DNA of 64,000 nucleotides from Heterodontus francisci (taxonomy: Eukaryota), in the NCBI RefSeq assembly GCF_036365525.1, contig NC_090403.1:53321095-53385094 (forward strand). The letters are read 5' to 3'. The notes beneath the pieces are model-generated. The model was not told the DNA's origin. It did no database searches and saw only the letters and a list, made by a program, of their open reading frames with translations. This document shows positions 49,416 through 61,957 of this stretch, in pieces (within the stretch, counting starts at the first letter, position 1; each line of letters opens with the position of its first letter). Both the position numbers and the translations under genes were made by a program.

Positions 49416-49614
49416 GTAAGAGCGATGTTTTTATTCCAGCTTTATTTTCAATCCCCCCCAAAAAAGCACATCTATCTGACATGAACAGTGTTGTGACACC
49501 AGCTATATCATTTCCCCAAACATTTAGTTGTGTATGTATTTTACATAAAGTTGGTATGCAATTTTCCAGTTTAAAGAAACTTTACTGTGTAGTATTTTCT
49601 AGTTCATCACCTTA

Positions 49615-50017
49615 AACATTCACTCCCTTCACCATCGACACATAATGGCAGCAGTGTGTACTATCTACATGATGCACTGCATAAACTCACCAAGGCTCCT
49701 TCGACAGCACCTTCCAAGCCCACAATCTCTACCACCGAGAAGAACACGGTCAGTAGATGCATGGGAACGCCACCACTGCAGCTTCCCCTCCAAGTCACAC
49801 ATCATCATGACTTGGAACTATATCACCATTCCTTCACTGTCGCTGGTTCAAAATCCTGGAACTCCTGCCCTAATAACACTGTGGGCTTACTTACACCAGA
49901 TGGACTGCAGTGGTTCATAAAGGCGGCTCATCACCACCACCTCGAGGGCAATTAAGGATGAACAACACAAGCTGGCCTTGCCAGTGGCGCTCGCATCCCA
50001 AGAACAAATGAAAAAAA
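49615..50017 (+). mobile_element. 3' end of a further LINE family (probably CR1/L2 group; distinct from the HER1-like CR1s)
   Basis: Encodes IHSLHHR..AAVCTIY.MHC...HHSFTVAGSKSWNS.P...AAHHH; tail 'gggcaattaaggatg...gctggccttgccag...catccc' plus A-run. Confidence 0.8.
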
Positions 50018-51965
50018 TTGCTCCACTGCCATCCAAGGTTTAGTAGATTCATAAATGTGACAATGAACTTATTCTTGAATTACGTATTTTCAAAATTGGA
50101 TCTAGCTGTGATATGATGGAAGTGTAGAGCTGCTAGGGTAGGCCAATGATAAGTCTGGCATGGTAGCTCGTCTTTCACTATCAGTGGTACCAATGCTAGC
50201 AATTGTGCTTTTGGAACAACAGAACAGCTTAGATTTATATAGTGCCTTTAACATAATAAAACGTCCCAAGGCTCTTCAGAGGAGCATTATAAAAAATGAG
50301 ATATTAGATCCAGTGACCAAAGGCTTGCTCAATAAGTTATGTTTTTAAGGGGTGTCTTAAAGAAGGAAAATGAGGCGGAGAACCGGTGAGGTGTATGGAG
50401 GGAATTTCAGAGTTTGGGGCGTAGGAGACGCAAGGCGCGACTACCAGTGATGAAGTGATTAAAATTGGGGATGCTCAAGAGGTCAAAATTTGTAGCGTGC
50501 AGTGGAGGGTTGTGGTGTTGGAGATTACTCCTTACCTCTGTAGGGAGGGGCGAGGCCATGGAGAGATTTGAAAACAAGAATGAGAGTTTTTAAATTGAGC
50601 CGTTGGTTGACTAGGAGCCAATTTTGGTCAGTGAGCACAGGGTTGACAGAGGAACGGGACTTGGTGCGATTTAAGACACAGGCAGTAGAGCTTTGGATGA
50701 CCTCAAGTTTATGGAGAGTAGAATGTGGGAGACAAGCCAGGAGTGTAGAGGTAACAAAGGCATGAATGAGGATTTCAGCAGCATATGAGCTGAGACAGGT
50801 AAAGTTGGGTGACATTCGGGGTGAAAATAGGCAGTCTTAGTGATGGCAGGCATATGTGGCCAGAAGCTCATCTCCGGGTCAAATATGACACCAAGGTTGT
50901 GAACAGACTGGTTTAGTCTCGGATTGTTGCCAGGGAGAGGGATGGAGTCAGTAACTAGGGACTGGAAACAATGGCTTCAGTCTTCTCGATACTTAATTGA
51001 AGGAAGTTTCTGTTCATTCAGTACTGGATGTCTGATAATTTAGCGACAGTAGAGGAGTCAAGTGAGGTGGTGAAGTAATAGAGCTGGATGTCATCAGCGT
51101 ACGTGTCAAAATTAATGCTGAGCTTTCGGATGATGATGCCGAGGGGCAGCGTGTAGATGAGAAATAGGAGGGGGCCAAAAATGGATCTCTGGAGAACACC
51201 AGAGGTTACAGAGCGAGAGCAAGAAGAGAAGCCATTGAAAGTGATACACTGGCTATGATTAGATAGATAAGAATGTAACCAGATGAGAGCAATCCAACCC
51301 AAATGGACGACGTGGAGAGGCATTGGAGGAGGTTGGTGTGGCCAACCATGTCAAAGGCTGCAGACAGGTCAAAGTGGGAAAATTTACCTTTGTCACATTC
51401 ACACAGGATGTCATTTGTGAGTTTGATGAGAGCTGTTTTGGTACTGTGGCAGGAGCAGAAAACTGATTTAGAAAGATTCAAACATTTTCCAGCAAAGATG
51501 GGCATGGATTTGGGAGGCGGCAACATGTTCAAGGATCTGGAGAGGAAATGGGGGTTGGAATGGAGCTGTAGTTTGCAAGGACACTGGGTCAAAGGTTGCT
51601 TTTGTGTGGCGAGGGGTGAAGATGGCAAATTTAAAGGAGGGAGGAACAGCACCTGAAAGAAGGATTGTTAATATCGGCTAACATGGAGACCGGGAGGGGA
51701 AGTTGAGTGGCCAGCAGTTTAGTGGGAATAGGATCAAGGGAACAGTATGTAGGTCTCATGGACAAGATGAGCTCTGAGGGCGTGAGGGGAGCTAGGAGAG
51801 AAACTAGAGAAAGATGCGAGTTCAGGATTAGGGTGGGGGGAGCATGATATGAAGTTTGGCTCGGTGAGCTCATAGAAGGGAGGGATGCGGCAGAAGCAGC
51901 TGATCGGGTGATCTCGATCTTGGTGACGAAGACGTCTGTGTGCTCCTTACACTTAGTGTTGGAGA

Positions 51966-52443
51966 TTTTTATTCGTTCTGGGGATGTGGGTGTTGCTAGC
52001 TAGGCCAGCATTTATTGCCCATCCCTAATTGCCCTTGAGAAGGTGGTGGTGAGCTGCCTTGAACTGCTGCAGTCCTTGAGGTGTAGGTACACCAACAGTG
52101 CTGTTAGGAAAGGAGTTCCAGAATCTTGACCCAGCTACAGTGAAGGAACGGCGTTATAGTTCCAAGTCAGGATGGTTTGTGGCTTGGAGGGGAATTTGTA
52201 GGTAGTGGTGTTCCCATGCATCTGCTGCCCTTATCCTTCTAGGTGGTAGAGGTCGTGGGTTTGGAAGGTGCTGTCGAAGGAGTCTTGGTGAGTTGCTGCA
52301 GTGCATCTTGTAGATGGTTCACACTGCTGTCATTATGCGTTGGTGGAGGGAGTGAATGTTGAGGGTGGTGGATGGGGTGCCAGTCAAGCGGTCTGCTTTG
52401 TCCTGGGTGGTGTCGAGCTTCTTGAGTGTTGTTGGAGCTGCGC
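51966..52443 (-). mobile_element. 3' end of the further LINE family inserted into L2
   Basis: Reverse complement of 49615-50017, extending ~100 bp further 5'. Confidence 0.85.
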
Positions 52444-53467
52444 CCATAAGGATGGAGGGCAAGAGAGGTTTAAGAAGATGGCTTGCACTGGAGAAAAGAA
52501 GCCAGGGGTGATCTTTACATTCCAGGATGATCCTGGAATAGTGAGCAGTTTTAGCAGATGAGAGCAGGACCCAATAGTGCTTTATGCAGTCCAGTCAGAT
52601 CTGGCATGGATGGTTGAACCAGTTGTCTGCCATATCCTTTCAAAACTGTCACTTGTACCTAAGGGAGCAGAGATGAGGGCCATATCAAGGGGAAAGGCCA
52701 GGATGAGACAGAGTAATGGTTTTATTGGAGACTTAGGGTATCAAAGGTGGAGGATCGGGTACAGTTGAACAAATCAGTAGCTATAGAAATGTGGTGAATG
52801 GAGGGCCAAAGGCTAGACAGGGATTTTAAAAGTGCAGTTGTAAGTGAATTGGAGCTAGTTTTCCTGGAAGTAGATACCAAAGGAGGTAGGATTAGGGGCG
52901 TGGAAGGGGGGGATGTGGGTGGAGAGTGATACAAGCAAGAGATGAGAAGTGGCCGTAACATTAATTGATAGGACTAGCAAGACCTTGAAATGGAAAGATC
53001 AAGGGGATGGTTGTGAATATAATATGGGTTGGGAAGTTTACACGGAGGGAGAGATTTAGGGAGGATGAGGGCAGTGAATTCAGAGGAGAGTGAGCATGAT
53101 GACTTGAGATGGGGGTTGAAATCACAAAGGATGAGAAGTCGTTCAGCGCAAAAGCTGAGGGAGGAAAGCAGTGAAGACAGCTCGGTGAAATTTTTTTTTG
53201 TATCGTACTTGGGCAGTAGAGAACAGGATTTTGAATGAGAGGTGAAACAAGGTGGGATGCTCAGAGGAAGAGAAAGGGCCAGAGGAGTAGGGGTTCAGGC
53301 CAAAGTGTGATCTGGTGATGAGCGCCACACCTCCATTGTGATGGTCTTGATGGGGTAAGTGGTGTAAGATGTAACCAGGTGGGAAGCTTCATAGAGGGGA
53401 AAGGTGTCATTGTCCCTCAGTCAGGTTTCCATCAAGGCCATGATGTCAATCCAATCATTCACAATAA

Positions 53468-54437
53468 CAAACAAAGAACAAAGATAATTACAGCACAGGA
53501 ACAGGCCCTTCGGCCCTCCAAGCCTGCGCCGATCCAGATCCTCTCTCTAAACATGTCGCCTATTTTCTAAGGTTCTGTATCTCTTTTCTTCCTGCCCATT
53601 CATGTATCTGTCTAGATACATCTTAAAAGACTCCGTCGTGCCCGCGTCTACCACCTCCGCTGGCAACGCGTTCCAGGTGCCCACCACCCTCTGCGTAAAG
53701 AACTTTCCACGCATATCCCCCCTAAACATTTCCCCTTTCACTTTGAACTCGTGTCCTCTAGTAATTGAAACCCCCACTCTGGGAAAAAGCCTCTTGCTGT
53801 CCACCCTGTCTATACCTCTCATGATTTTGTACACCTCAATCAGGTCCCCCCTCAACCTCCGTCTTTCTAATGAAAATAATCCTAATCTACTCAACCTCTC
53901 TTCATAGCTAGCGCCCTCCATACCAGGCAACATCCTGGTGAACCTCCTCTGCACCCTCTCCAAAGCATCCACATCCTTTTGATAATGTGGCAACCAGAAC
54001 TGTACGCAGTATTCCAAATGTGGCCGAACCAAAGTCCTATACAACTGTAACATGACCTGCCAACTCTTGTACTCAATGCCCCGTCCGATGAAGGAAAGCA
54101 TGCCGTATGCCTTCTTGACCACTCTATTTACCTGCGTTGCCACCTTCAGGGAACAGTGGACCTGAACACCCAAATCTCTCTGGACATCAATTTTCCCCAG
54201 GACTTTTCCATTTACTGTATAATTCACTCTTGAATTGGATCTTCCAAAATGCATCACCTCGCATTTGCCCTGATTGAACTCCATCTGCCATTTCTCTGCC
54301 CAACTCTCCAATCTATCTATATTCTGCTGTATTCTCTGACAGTCCCCTTCACTATCTGCTACTCCACCAATCTTAGTGTCGTCTGCAAACTTGCTAATCA
54401 GACCACCTATACTTTCCTCCAAATCATTAATGTATAT
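53468..54437 (-). mobile_element. Young CR1 (HER1-like), 5'-truncated, inserted in L2
   Basis: Uninterrupted 300-aa ORF 53547..54449 (SKFADDTK to end of ORF2); 6-bp TSD caataa at 53462-53467 and 54438-54443. Confidence 0.95.
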
Positions 54438-55111
54438 CAATAAGTTCATGAATGGCAGGCGCCTCGTTCACAAGTGAATAGACATTCTGGAGGGAGATTC
54501 AGAATTGGTTAGTGAGAGGAAAGGTAACTCCTTTAACTGAATGTTCTACCTTAATAAATGTCTTTGACCAACCAGTGTATAACTGAGCTGTGCGTACCAG
54601 GTAAATCTCAGGTTATTGTTATAATTTAACTTTCCAAATATTAATATATCTCCAAACCTCTACCAAACTCAAAAAATTCACTCCATTTTCAGTAATCTTT
54701 CGCTTCCTATGAAACCTGGCTGAATCCACAAAGTAATGTGGGTTAGAAGTCCTTGATGAACAGTGAATCTTTTTTTTTGTCCTTGTATTGGAAATAGTAT
54801 GCATCCTTCTGTACTTTCCTGATTTCTCTGAATACTGCATCACAAAGCAGAAGACTTGGGCTGAAAGCTATTACTGGGTTTGGTAAATTTAAGGAATACA
54901 GAATTGGCTGGTTTACAATATTAATTTAGTGTCTATCCACAGTAAATGACTCAAATCTCTAGTAGCTATTGGCAGCAACACTCTTGGTTTTGAATCAGGT
55001 AGGCATCCATGTTATGAATTATTGTGATACTGAGCTCTTGTGAAGTCCTTTGTTAACCTTTGTCCTTATAGGAAGCTTGCAGCTTAGTGATATTAACTAT
55101 CACGATCACTT

Positions 55112-55470
55112 TTTTTAGTTTTTTTTTAGTTTTAGAGATACAGCACTGAAACAGGCCCTTCGGCCCACCGAGTCTGTGCTGACCATCAACCACCCATTTA
55201 TACTAATCCTACACTAATCCCATATTCCTACCACATCCCCACCTGTCCCTATATTTCTCTACCACCTACCTATACTAGGGGCAATTTATAATTGCCAATT
55301 AACCTATCAACCTTCAAGTCTTTGGCATGTGGGAGGAAACCGGAGCACCCGGAGGAAACCCATGCAGACACAGGGAGAACTTGCAAACTCCACACAGGCA
55401 GTACCCAGAATTGAACCCAGGTCGCTGGAGCTGTGAGGCTGCGGTGCTAACCACTGCGCCACTGTGCCGC
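55112..55470 (-). mobile_element. HE1-type SINE
   Basis: Near-identical to 4845-5202. Confidence 0.93.
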
Positions 55471-55546
55471 TGTAAGAGTCCTCTTTCACTTGCTGAATAC
55501 GGTGAAGGAATTTCCGTTCCATGTAGCTGATCACAATCTTGCATAT

Positions 55547-55678
55547 AATAAAAGCAAAATGCTGCGGATGCTGGAAATCTGAACTAAAAACAAGAAATGC
55601 TGGAAATACTCAGCAGGTCGCAGCATCTGTGGAAAGAGAAGCAGAGTTAACGTTTCGGGTCAGTGACCCTTCTTCGGA
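55547..55678 (-). mobile_element. Short PLE-derived element beginning with a hammerhead motif
   Basis: Reverse complement gtt CCGAAGA a gggtca c tgaccc GAAAC gt t aac; perfect 14-bp TSD acaatcttgcatat at 55533-55546 and 55679-55692. Confidence 0.85.
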
Positions 55679-57324
55679 ACAATCTTGCATATCTCCTCAA
55701 AGGTAATTAAAGACATAAGAGAAGGAACTCATGTCACACTGACTAAATAGCTGTGAGTTATTGCTGGTAGAGTGTGGTTCAAATAATGTATTTTCATATG
55801 GACAGCTTGATCCTTGCAAGCATGAGCCAATTTCAAGTGGCCACAATATTGGCACAGGTATGATTTGCCCCTGTCCACCTTAAAAAAAAATGTATAGATA
55901 CCTTGCATATGAATATAAGATATGATATTAAACAAGAAAAAGAGGTCTGATCTACTCGAGCTACAATCTCTGCTCTATGCTGAGTTAGTTGGGACAGCAG
56001 TAGAGGGCATTGCAATTGTCCATGTGATTGACTTACTATCCCTTGGCTAAGGATTCCACTCTGAAGCCATCAGTTTTTCTTCTGCTTCTGGTCATGTTGA
56101 AGGTGGGGGGAGGAGAGGAAGGAGGATAGGAAATTGTAAGGAGTATTCCAGCTGTGGGGTTTCTTTTCTTGTATTGTGACAGTTTGAGTGGAGGGCTTGT
56201 CTGATGCTGATGAACCTCCAGGCAATGAGGCACTAGTCCTGTCATATCTTATAAGATGACATCTGATAACAGTACTTGATTCCAGCATTACTGCTGCCAT
56301 TGGTGTGTGTATTTGATCAGGTGGCTGCAGTTGCCATGGCAAATGCTAAAACCAGACATTACTTTCAAAATGGAGTTGCACCAAAAAGCAATAATTGTGG
56401 ATAGCAGCAGTGGCTGTTAACCTTTTGAGTCCTGAATTTTCATTGCACCTGCACATGCATGTTGTTTCTCATTGCATAACATCTGCCAAAATATGTGCTC
56501 TTGTATTTTTCTAATACTAGCTTTAGAAAACAGGAGTAGAGAAATATGCAGGTTGTTTAACCACTGGTGCTAGTGACTAGACAAATTATAATCTTTTTTA
56601 ATGTCAATTTTTTCTTCTGGTAAATTATTCCCTCCAGCTTCAATATGCCTGATCTTGTACTTAACTGCTAAGGGGTGAGTGGTTTGTCTGCTACCCATTC
56701 CTTCTGTAGCTGGCTATTAGAAAGTGTGACTTCCTCTCCCTGCAGAGAGTCACTTAAGCCTCTGCTTGGCATCTAGCCATTTGGTGTGACTCGGATTTTA
56801 GCTCAGCTCTTGATCTGCCTTTGTCCTTCATTTTGTGACTGAATGTTAATAGTGCCATTCTGGCACTATGTTGTACATCTTGTTTTAAAATGTCAGAGCT
56901 TGATTGAAAGGTGGCAATTTGTGTTGTCAGTAAAGAAGCAGCTTACTGAGATACATGGTGAGTTGTTAATCTCTGGAAGCTCGCTATCTTGGGATGCTGA
57001 TGAGTCAGTTGAACTCTGTTGGGGAGGGCTAGTGGTTCAGAGGGAAAGCCAGCCTTCAATGTTTACCACCCCCCAGTTGGTTTGAAAACTGCGTTAATGC
57101 TGGTATGCCATTTTGATCAAGAATATTGTATTGTCTGGGGGGAGTGAGGTTGAAGGGATAGAAGTTGATGAAGTCATATAGTTTTGAGGTCAGCTGCATC
57201 TACAGTGTGGAGCCCACCAATGCTTTTCCAGCAATATTTAACCCCTGTATGAGAAAAACGCCCATTTTTCTGGAAAACAAAATCTATTTTCTACCCTTCT
57301 ATCATGAAGGGATTGATTGATGCT

Positions 57325-57515
57325 AGGCTACAGTTAGTTAGATGGCTCGAGTGTGATGTAGAAAGACGCCAACATCATGTGTTCAATCCCCAAACCGGCT
57401 GTGGTAGTCCTCGCCTTGTCCCACGCTGGAGGAGTGATGCCCCTCAAGCTAAAGATTACCAACTGTCTCTCTCCAATGGAGAGAGATGCCTATGGTCCTT
57501 CGGGACCAGGGCCAG
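57325..57515 (+). mobile_element. Short tRNA-head SINE
   Basis: A-box-like 'ggctacagttagttag', B-box-like 'tgttcaatcccc', and a small hairpin tctctctc-caatg-gagagaga near the end. Confidence 0.6.
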
Positions 57516-57565
57516 AAAACCAACAGTTCCACAGGTGTCGTTTGCTTATCTAGGCGCAATCTTCA

Positions 57566-57900
57566 ACTGAGTATTGGCAGGTTGTTGAGCATTAGAAGTC
57601 ATGACAGTCACGCCAGACTGTTGCCTTATCCAACGTCTGCACACCTGTACTTCTCGGGTGATAATGGATAATGGTAAGCTCCCTTTGATATCTCTTCCAT
57701 GCCTAACCACCACCATCTCCCCCCCGCCCGCCTGCCTCCCAAAATACAAGGGTCCTGACAACAATTAGTGATTCAATCACTCTTTGTAGCCTGACATCAG
57801 CTAACCCAGCACAGTCTAGGAAATTGACCTGGTACCTTCTGCTCTGCATAACTTAATGCAGTACCACAAAATGCTTTCTCCATTAGGCTATCAGGGCATC
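57566..57900 (-). mobile_element. Ancient tRNA-head SINE (family name uncertain)
   Basis: rc 'aaggtaccaggtcaatttcctagactgtgctgggttagctgatgtcagg'; a related + strand fragment 'tgctgagttagttgggacagcagtag' lies at ~55965-56050. Confidence 0.55.
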
Positions 57901-58700
57901 TAAGAGTGCTTATCTGCTACGGAAGGGTGGCATACCAGTTTTTCCCCATTTCGTCTAACCCCAGTATGAATTTAGAAATCATGTTAAATATGTGGATTCT
58001 ACAAAGTTGCTGGTAAAATGAATAATGGGTTTGATGTATTTATATTTCTACTTGTGTTTTTTCTTCTCATATATAATTTATTCTATGTGCTTCTGCCTTT
58101 GATCATGCATCTAATTCAGGATTGCAGCAATTTCACCAACAACTTAAGTACTCGACTGCAGTTATTGCTGACCTTCATGATTATTGCTTTTTGGAACCAA
58201 TATTGGAATTTGTTCATCTAATTCCTTCAAGTGGCAAAATGAACTACACAAGAAAGTAACTATAATGGCAATGGTGGTTGCTGTTGATTCTGAACTTTAC
58301 TGTATGTTACTGAGGTCTTTTCCGAATTAGCACCATTTGTAGATCTCTTTTTTTCTCTTTCCTCTCCCTTCTCTCTCTCATTTACAGTAAACATGCAAAT
58401 TGCTAGCATTTGCATTACATGATATTAGTTAATAATATATTGCATACCAGATACTTTATCCTTCCCACCATTTCCTGAAATTCAATCACAATTATGGTAG
58501 CTGGTTAGAAGTTATCGTGTCTACCCGAGTTAAGTTCCACACAATATTGATCTCAATTATCCTGTTCAAATGAGGTGGAATGAGAGGAAAATTGAATTGT
58601 TTTTTGAGATGATGAATTTCTGTACTGGGAAGTTGAACTATTTCAGTTTGCAGTTCAATACCATATATTATCATTCATCAGAGAACTCCCTCTACAGTAC

Positions 58701-61280
58701 AAAGAACAGTACAGCACAGGAACAGGCCATTCGACCCTCCAAGCCTGCGCCAATCTTGATGCCTGCCTTAACTAAAACCTTCTGCACTTCCGGGGTCCGT
58801 ATCCCTCTATTCCCATCCTATTCATGTATTTGTCAAGATGCCTCTTAAATGTCTCTATGGTACCTGCTTCCACCACCTCCCCCGGCAACAGGTTCCAGGC
58901 ACTTACCACCCTCTGTGTAAAGAACTTGCCTCGCACATTCCCTCTAAACTTTGCCCCTCACCTTACACCTATGTCCCTTAAACCTATGTCCCCTAGTAAC
59001 TGACTCCTCCACCCTTGGAAAAATCTTCTGACTATCCACTCTGTCCATGCCGCTCATAACTTTGTAAACCTCTATCATGTCGCCCCTCCACCTCCGTCGT
59101 TCCAGTGAAAACAATCTGAGTTTATCCAACCTCTCCTTGTAGCTAATGCCCTCCAGACCAGGCAACATCCTGGTAAACCTCTTCTGTATCCTCTCCAAAG
59201 CCTCCACGTCCTTCTGATAGTGTGGCGACCAGAATTGCATGCAATATTCTAAATGTGGCCTAACTAAAGTTCTGTACAGCTGCAACATGACTTGCCTATT
59301 TTTATACTCCTATGCCCCGACCGATGAAGGCAAGCATGCCGTATGGCTTCTTGACTACCTTATCCATCTGCGTTGCCACTTTCAGTGACCTGTGGACCTG
59401 TACGCCCAGATCTCTCTGCCTGTCAATACTCCTAAGGGTTCTGCCATTTACTGTATACTTCCTACCTGCATTAGACCTTCCAAAATGCATTACCTCACAT
59501 TTGTCCGAATTAAACTCCATCTGCCATTTCTCCGCCCAAGTCTCCAACCGATCTATATCCTGCTGTATCCTCTGACAATCCTCATCATTGTCCGCAACTC
59601 CACCAACCTTTGTGTCGTCCGCAAACTTACTAATCAGACCAGCTGCATTTTCCTCCAAATCATTTATATATGCTACAAAGAGCAAAGGTCCCAGCACTGA
59701 TCCCTGCGGAACACCACTAGTCACATCCCTCCATTCAGAAAAGCACCCTTCCACTGCTACCCTCTGTCTTCTATGACTGAGCCAGTTCTGTATCCATCTT
59801 GCCAGCTCCCCTCTGATCCCATGTGACTACACCTTTTGTATCAGTTTGCCATGAGGGACCTTGTCAAAGGCTTTACTGAAGTCCATATAGATAACATCCA
59901 CTGCCCTTCCTTCATCAATCATCTTTGTCACTTCCTCAAAAAACTCAATCAAATTAGTGAGACACGACCTCCCCTTCACAAAACCATGCTGCTTCTCGCT
60001 AATAACTCCATTTGTTTCCAAATGGGAGTAATTCCTGTCCCAAAGAATCCTCTCCAATAATTTCCCTACCACTGATGTAAGGCTCACCGGCCTATATTTT
60101 CCTGGATTATCCTTGCTACCCTTCTTAAACAAAGGAACAACATTGGCTATTTTCCAGTCCTCTGGGACCTCACCTGTAGCCAATGAGGATGCAAAGATTT
60201 CTGTCAAGGCCCCAGCCATTTCTTCCCTTGCCTCCCTCAGTATTCTGGGGTCAATCCCATCAGGCCCTGGGGACTTATCTACCTTAATGCTTTGCAGGAC
60301 ACCCAACACCACCACCTTTTTGATAATGAGATGACTGAGACTATCTACACTCCCTTCCCTAGGCTCATCATCCCCCAAGTCCTTCTCCTTGGTGAATACT
60401 GATGCAAAGTACTCATTTAGTACCTGCCCATTTCCTCTGGTTCCACACATAGATTCCCTTCTCTGTCCTTGAGTGGGCCAACCCTTTCCCTGGTTACCCT
60501 CTTACTCCTGATATGTGTATAAAACGCCTTGGGATTTTCCTTAATCCTGTTTGCCAATGACTTCTCATAACCCCTTTTAGCCCTCCTGACTCCTTTTTTA
60601 AGTTCCTTCCTACTGTCTTTATATTCCTCAAGGGATTCGTCTGTTCCTAGCCTTCCAGCCCTTACGAATGCTTCCTTTTTCTTTTTGACGAGGCTCACAA
60701 TATCCCGCGTTATCCAAGGTTCCCGAAACTTGCCAAACATATCCTCCTTCCTCACAGGAACATGCTGGTCCTGGATTCTAATCAACTGACGTTCAAAAGA
60801 CTCTCACATGTCAGATGTTGATTTACCCTCAAACAGCCGCCCCCAATCTAAATTCTTCAGTTCCTGCCTAATATTGTTATAATTAGCCTTCCCCCAATTT
60901 AGCACCTTCACCCGAGGACTACTCTTATCCTTATCCACAAGTACCTTAAAACTTATGGAATTATGGTCACTGTTCCCGAAATGCTCCCCTACTGAAATTT
61001 CGACCACCTGGCCGAGCTCATTCCCCAATACCAGGTCCAGTACGGCCCCATCCCTAGTTGGACTATCTGCGTATTGTTTCAAGAAGCCCTCCTGGATGCT
61101 CCTTACAAATTCTGCCCCATCCAAGCCCCTAGCACTAAGTGAGTCCCAGTCAATACAGGGGAAGTTAAAATCACCCACCACTGCAACCCTGTTATCTTTA
61201 CATCTTTCCAAAATCTCTCTACATATCTGCTCCTCTACCTCCCGCTGGCTGTTGGGAGGCCTGTATTAAACCCCCAACAT
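58701..61280 (-). mobile_element. CR1 LINE, 2.6 kb, 5'-truncated in the endonuclease domain
   Basis: ORFs 60804..61211 (GDFN), 60417..60785, 59827..60450, 59302..59754 (SKFADDTK) and 58944..59288; candidate TSD cagtac at 58695-58700 and 61281-61286. Confidence 0.95.
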
Positions 61281-61612
61281 CAGTACTCTGCTGAAATCCA
61301 ACTTGAGTCAGTTAACTTTTTCATGGCCTTTTTATCTGTTCACTTTCTCTTTCCTCTCTCCTCCAGCCTCTCTGCTCTAATTTGCTTTTCTCAACTCCCT
61401 CTTCACCTACTGTTATCTCTCCAAATTCCCCTATTCCTCACCATCAAAAAATGTCTATATCAGTGCAGTCAGTCTGCATGACCAGTTAAACTGAGGGTGA
61501 GTTCTAGTTTCTGTTTTCATGCTCTTTGTTAGCATTATCTCAAACTCCTGAAGCTTCTTTTTCAAGTAGCAGTGTAATCTGAATTTGAGATCAATTTTCA
61601 TGTACCCAATTT

Positions 61613-61957
61613 GGGCGGCGCAGTGGTTAGCACCGCAGCCTCCACAGCTCCAGCGACCCGGGTTCTGTTCTGGGTACTGCCTGTGCGGAGTTTGCAAGTT
61701 CTCCCTGTAACCGCGTCGGTTTCCCCCGGGTGCTACGGTCTCCTCCCACAGCCAAAAACTTGCAGGTTGATAGATAAATTGGCCATTGTAAATTGCCCCT
61801 AGTGTAGGTAGGTGGTAGAAAAATTGTGGGGATGTGGTAGGGAATATGGGATTAATGTAGGATTAGTATAAATGGGTGGTTGTTGGTCGGCACAGACTCG
61901 GTGGGCCGAAGGGCCTGTTTCAGTGCTGTAACTCTAAATAAATAAAATAAAAATAAA
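61613..61957 (+). mobile_element. HE1-type SINE (variant subfamily, (taaa)n tail)
   Basis: gggcggcgcagtggttagcacc...gggccgaagggcctgtttcagtgctgta; shorter middle segment than the other three copies. Confidence 0.92.

Larger units (their letters stand above)
50215..54520 (-). mobile_element. Long L2 LINE with near-complete decayed ORF2, interrupted by two insertions
   Basis: Minus strand gives SLQNVYSLVN (~54450-54500), DIMALMET (~53420-53450), SLDPIPTKLL, HSTKTAL, FDLSAAFD, TYADDIQLY and LVFKSLHGLAPPY. L2 tail at 50215-50290. Confidence 0.9.

Noticed and set aside
49307-49615. 102-aa ORF as a complete protein
   Set aside because: Similarity to NPEPPS is confined to 49331-49415 between canonical splice sites; the rest is intron read-through.
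58345-58425. Strong polypyrimidine tract plus tttacag as the next NPEPPS exon
   Set aside because: In the required phase it reads VNMQIASICIT-stop, which is unlike NPEPPS; at most a cryptic acceptor.
61613-61680. tRNA genes at HE1 and other SINE heads
   Set aside because: A/B boxes are present, but they continue directly into SINE bodies and lack a full cloverleaf.
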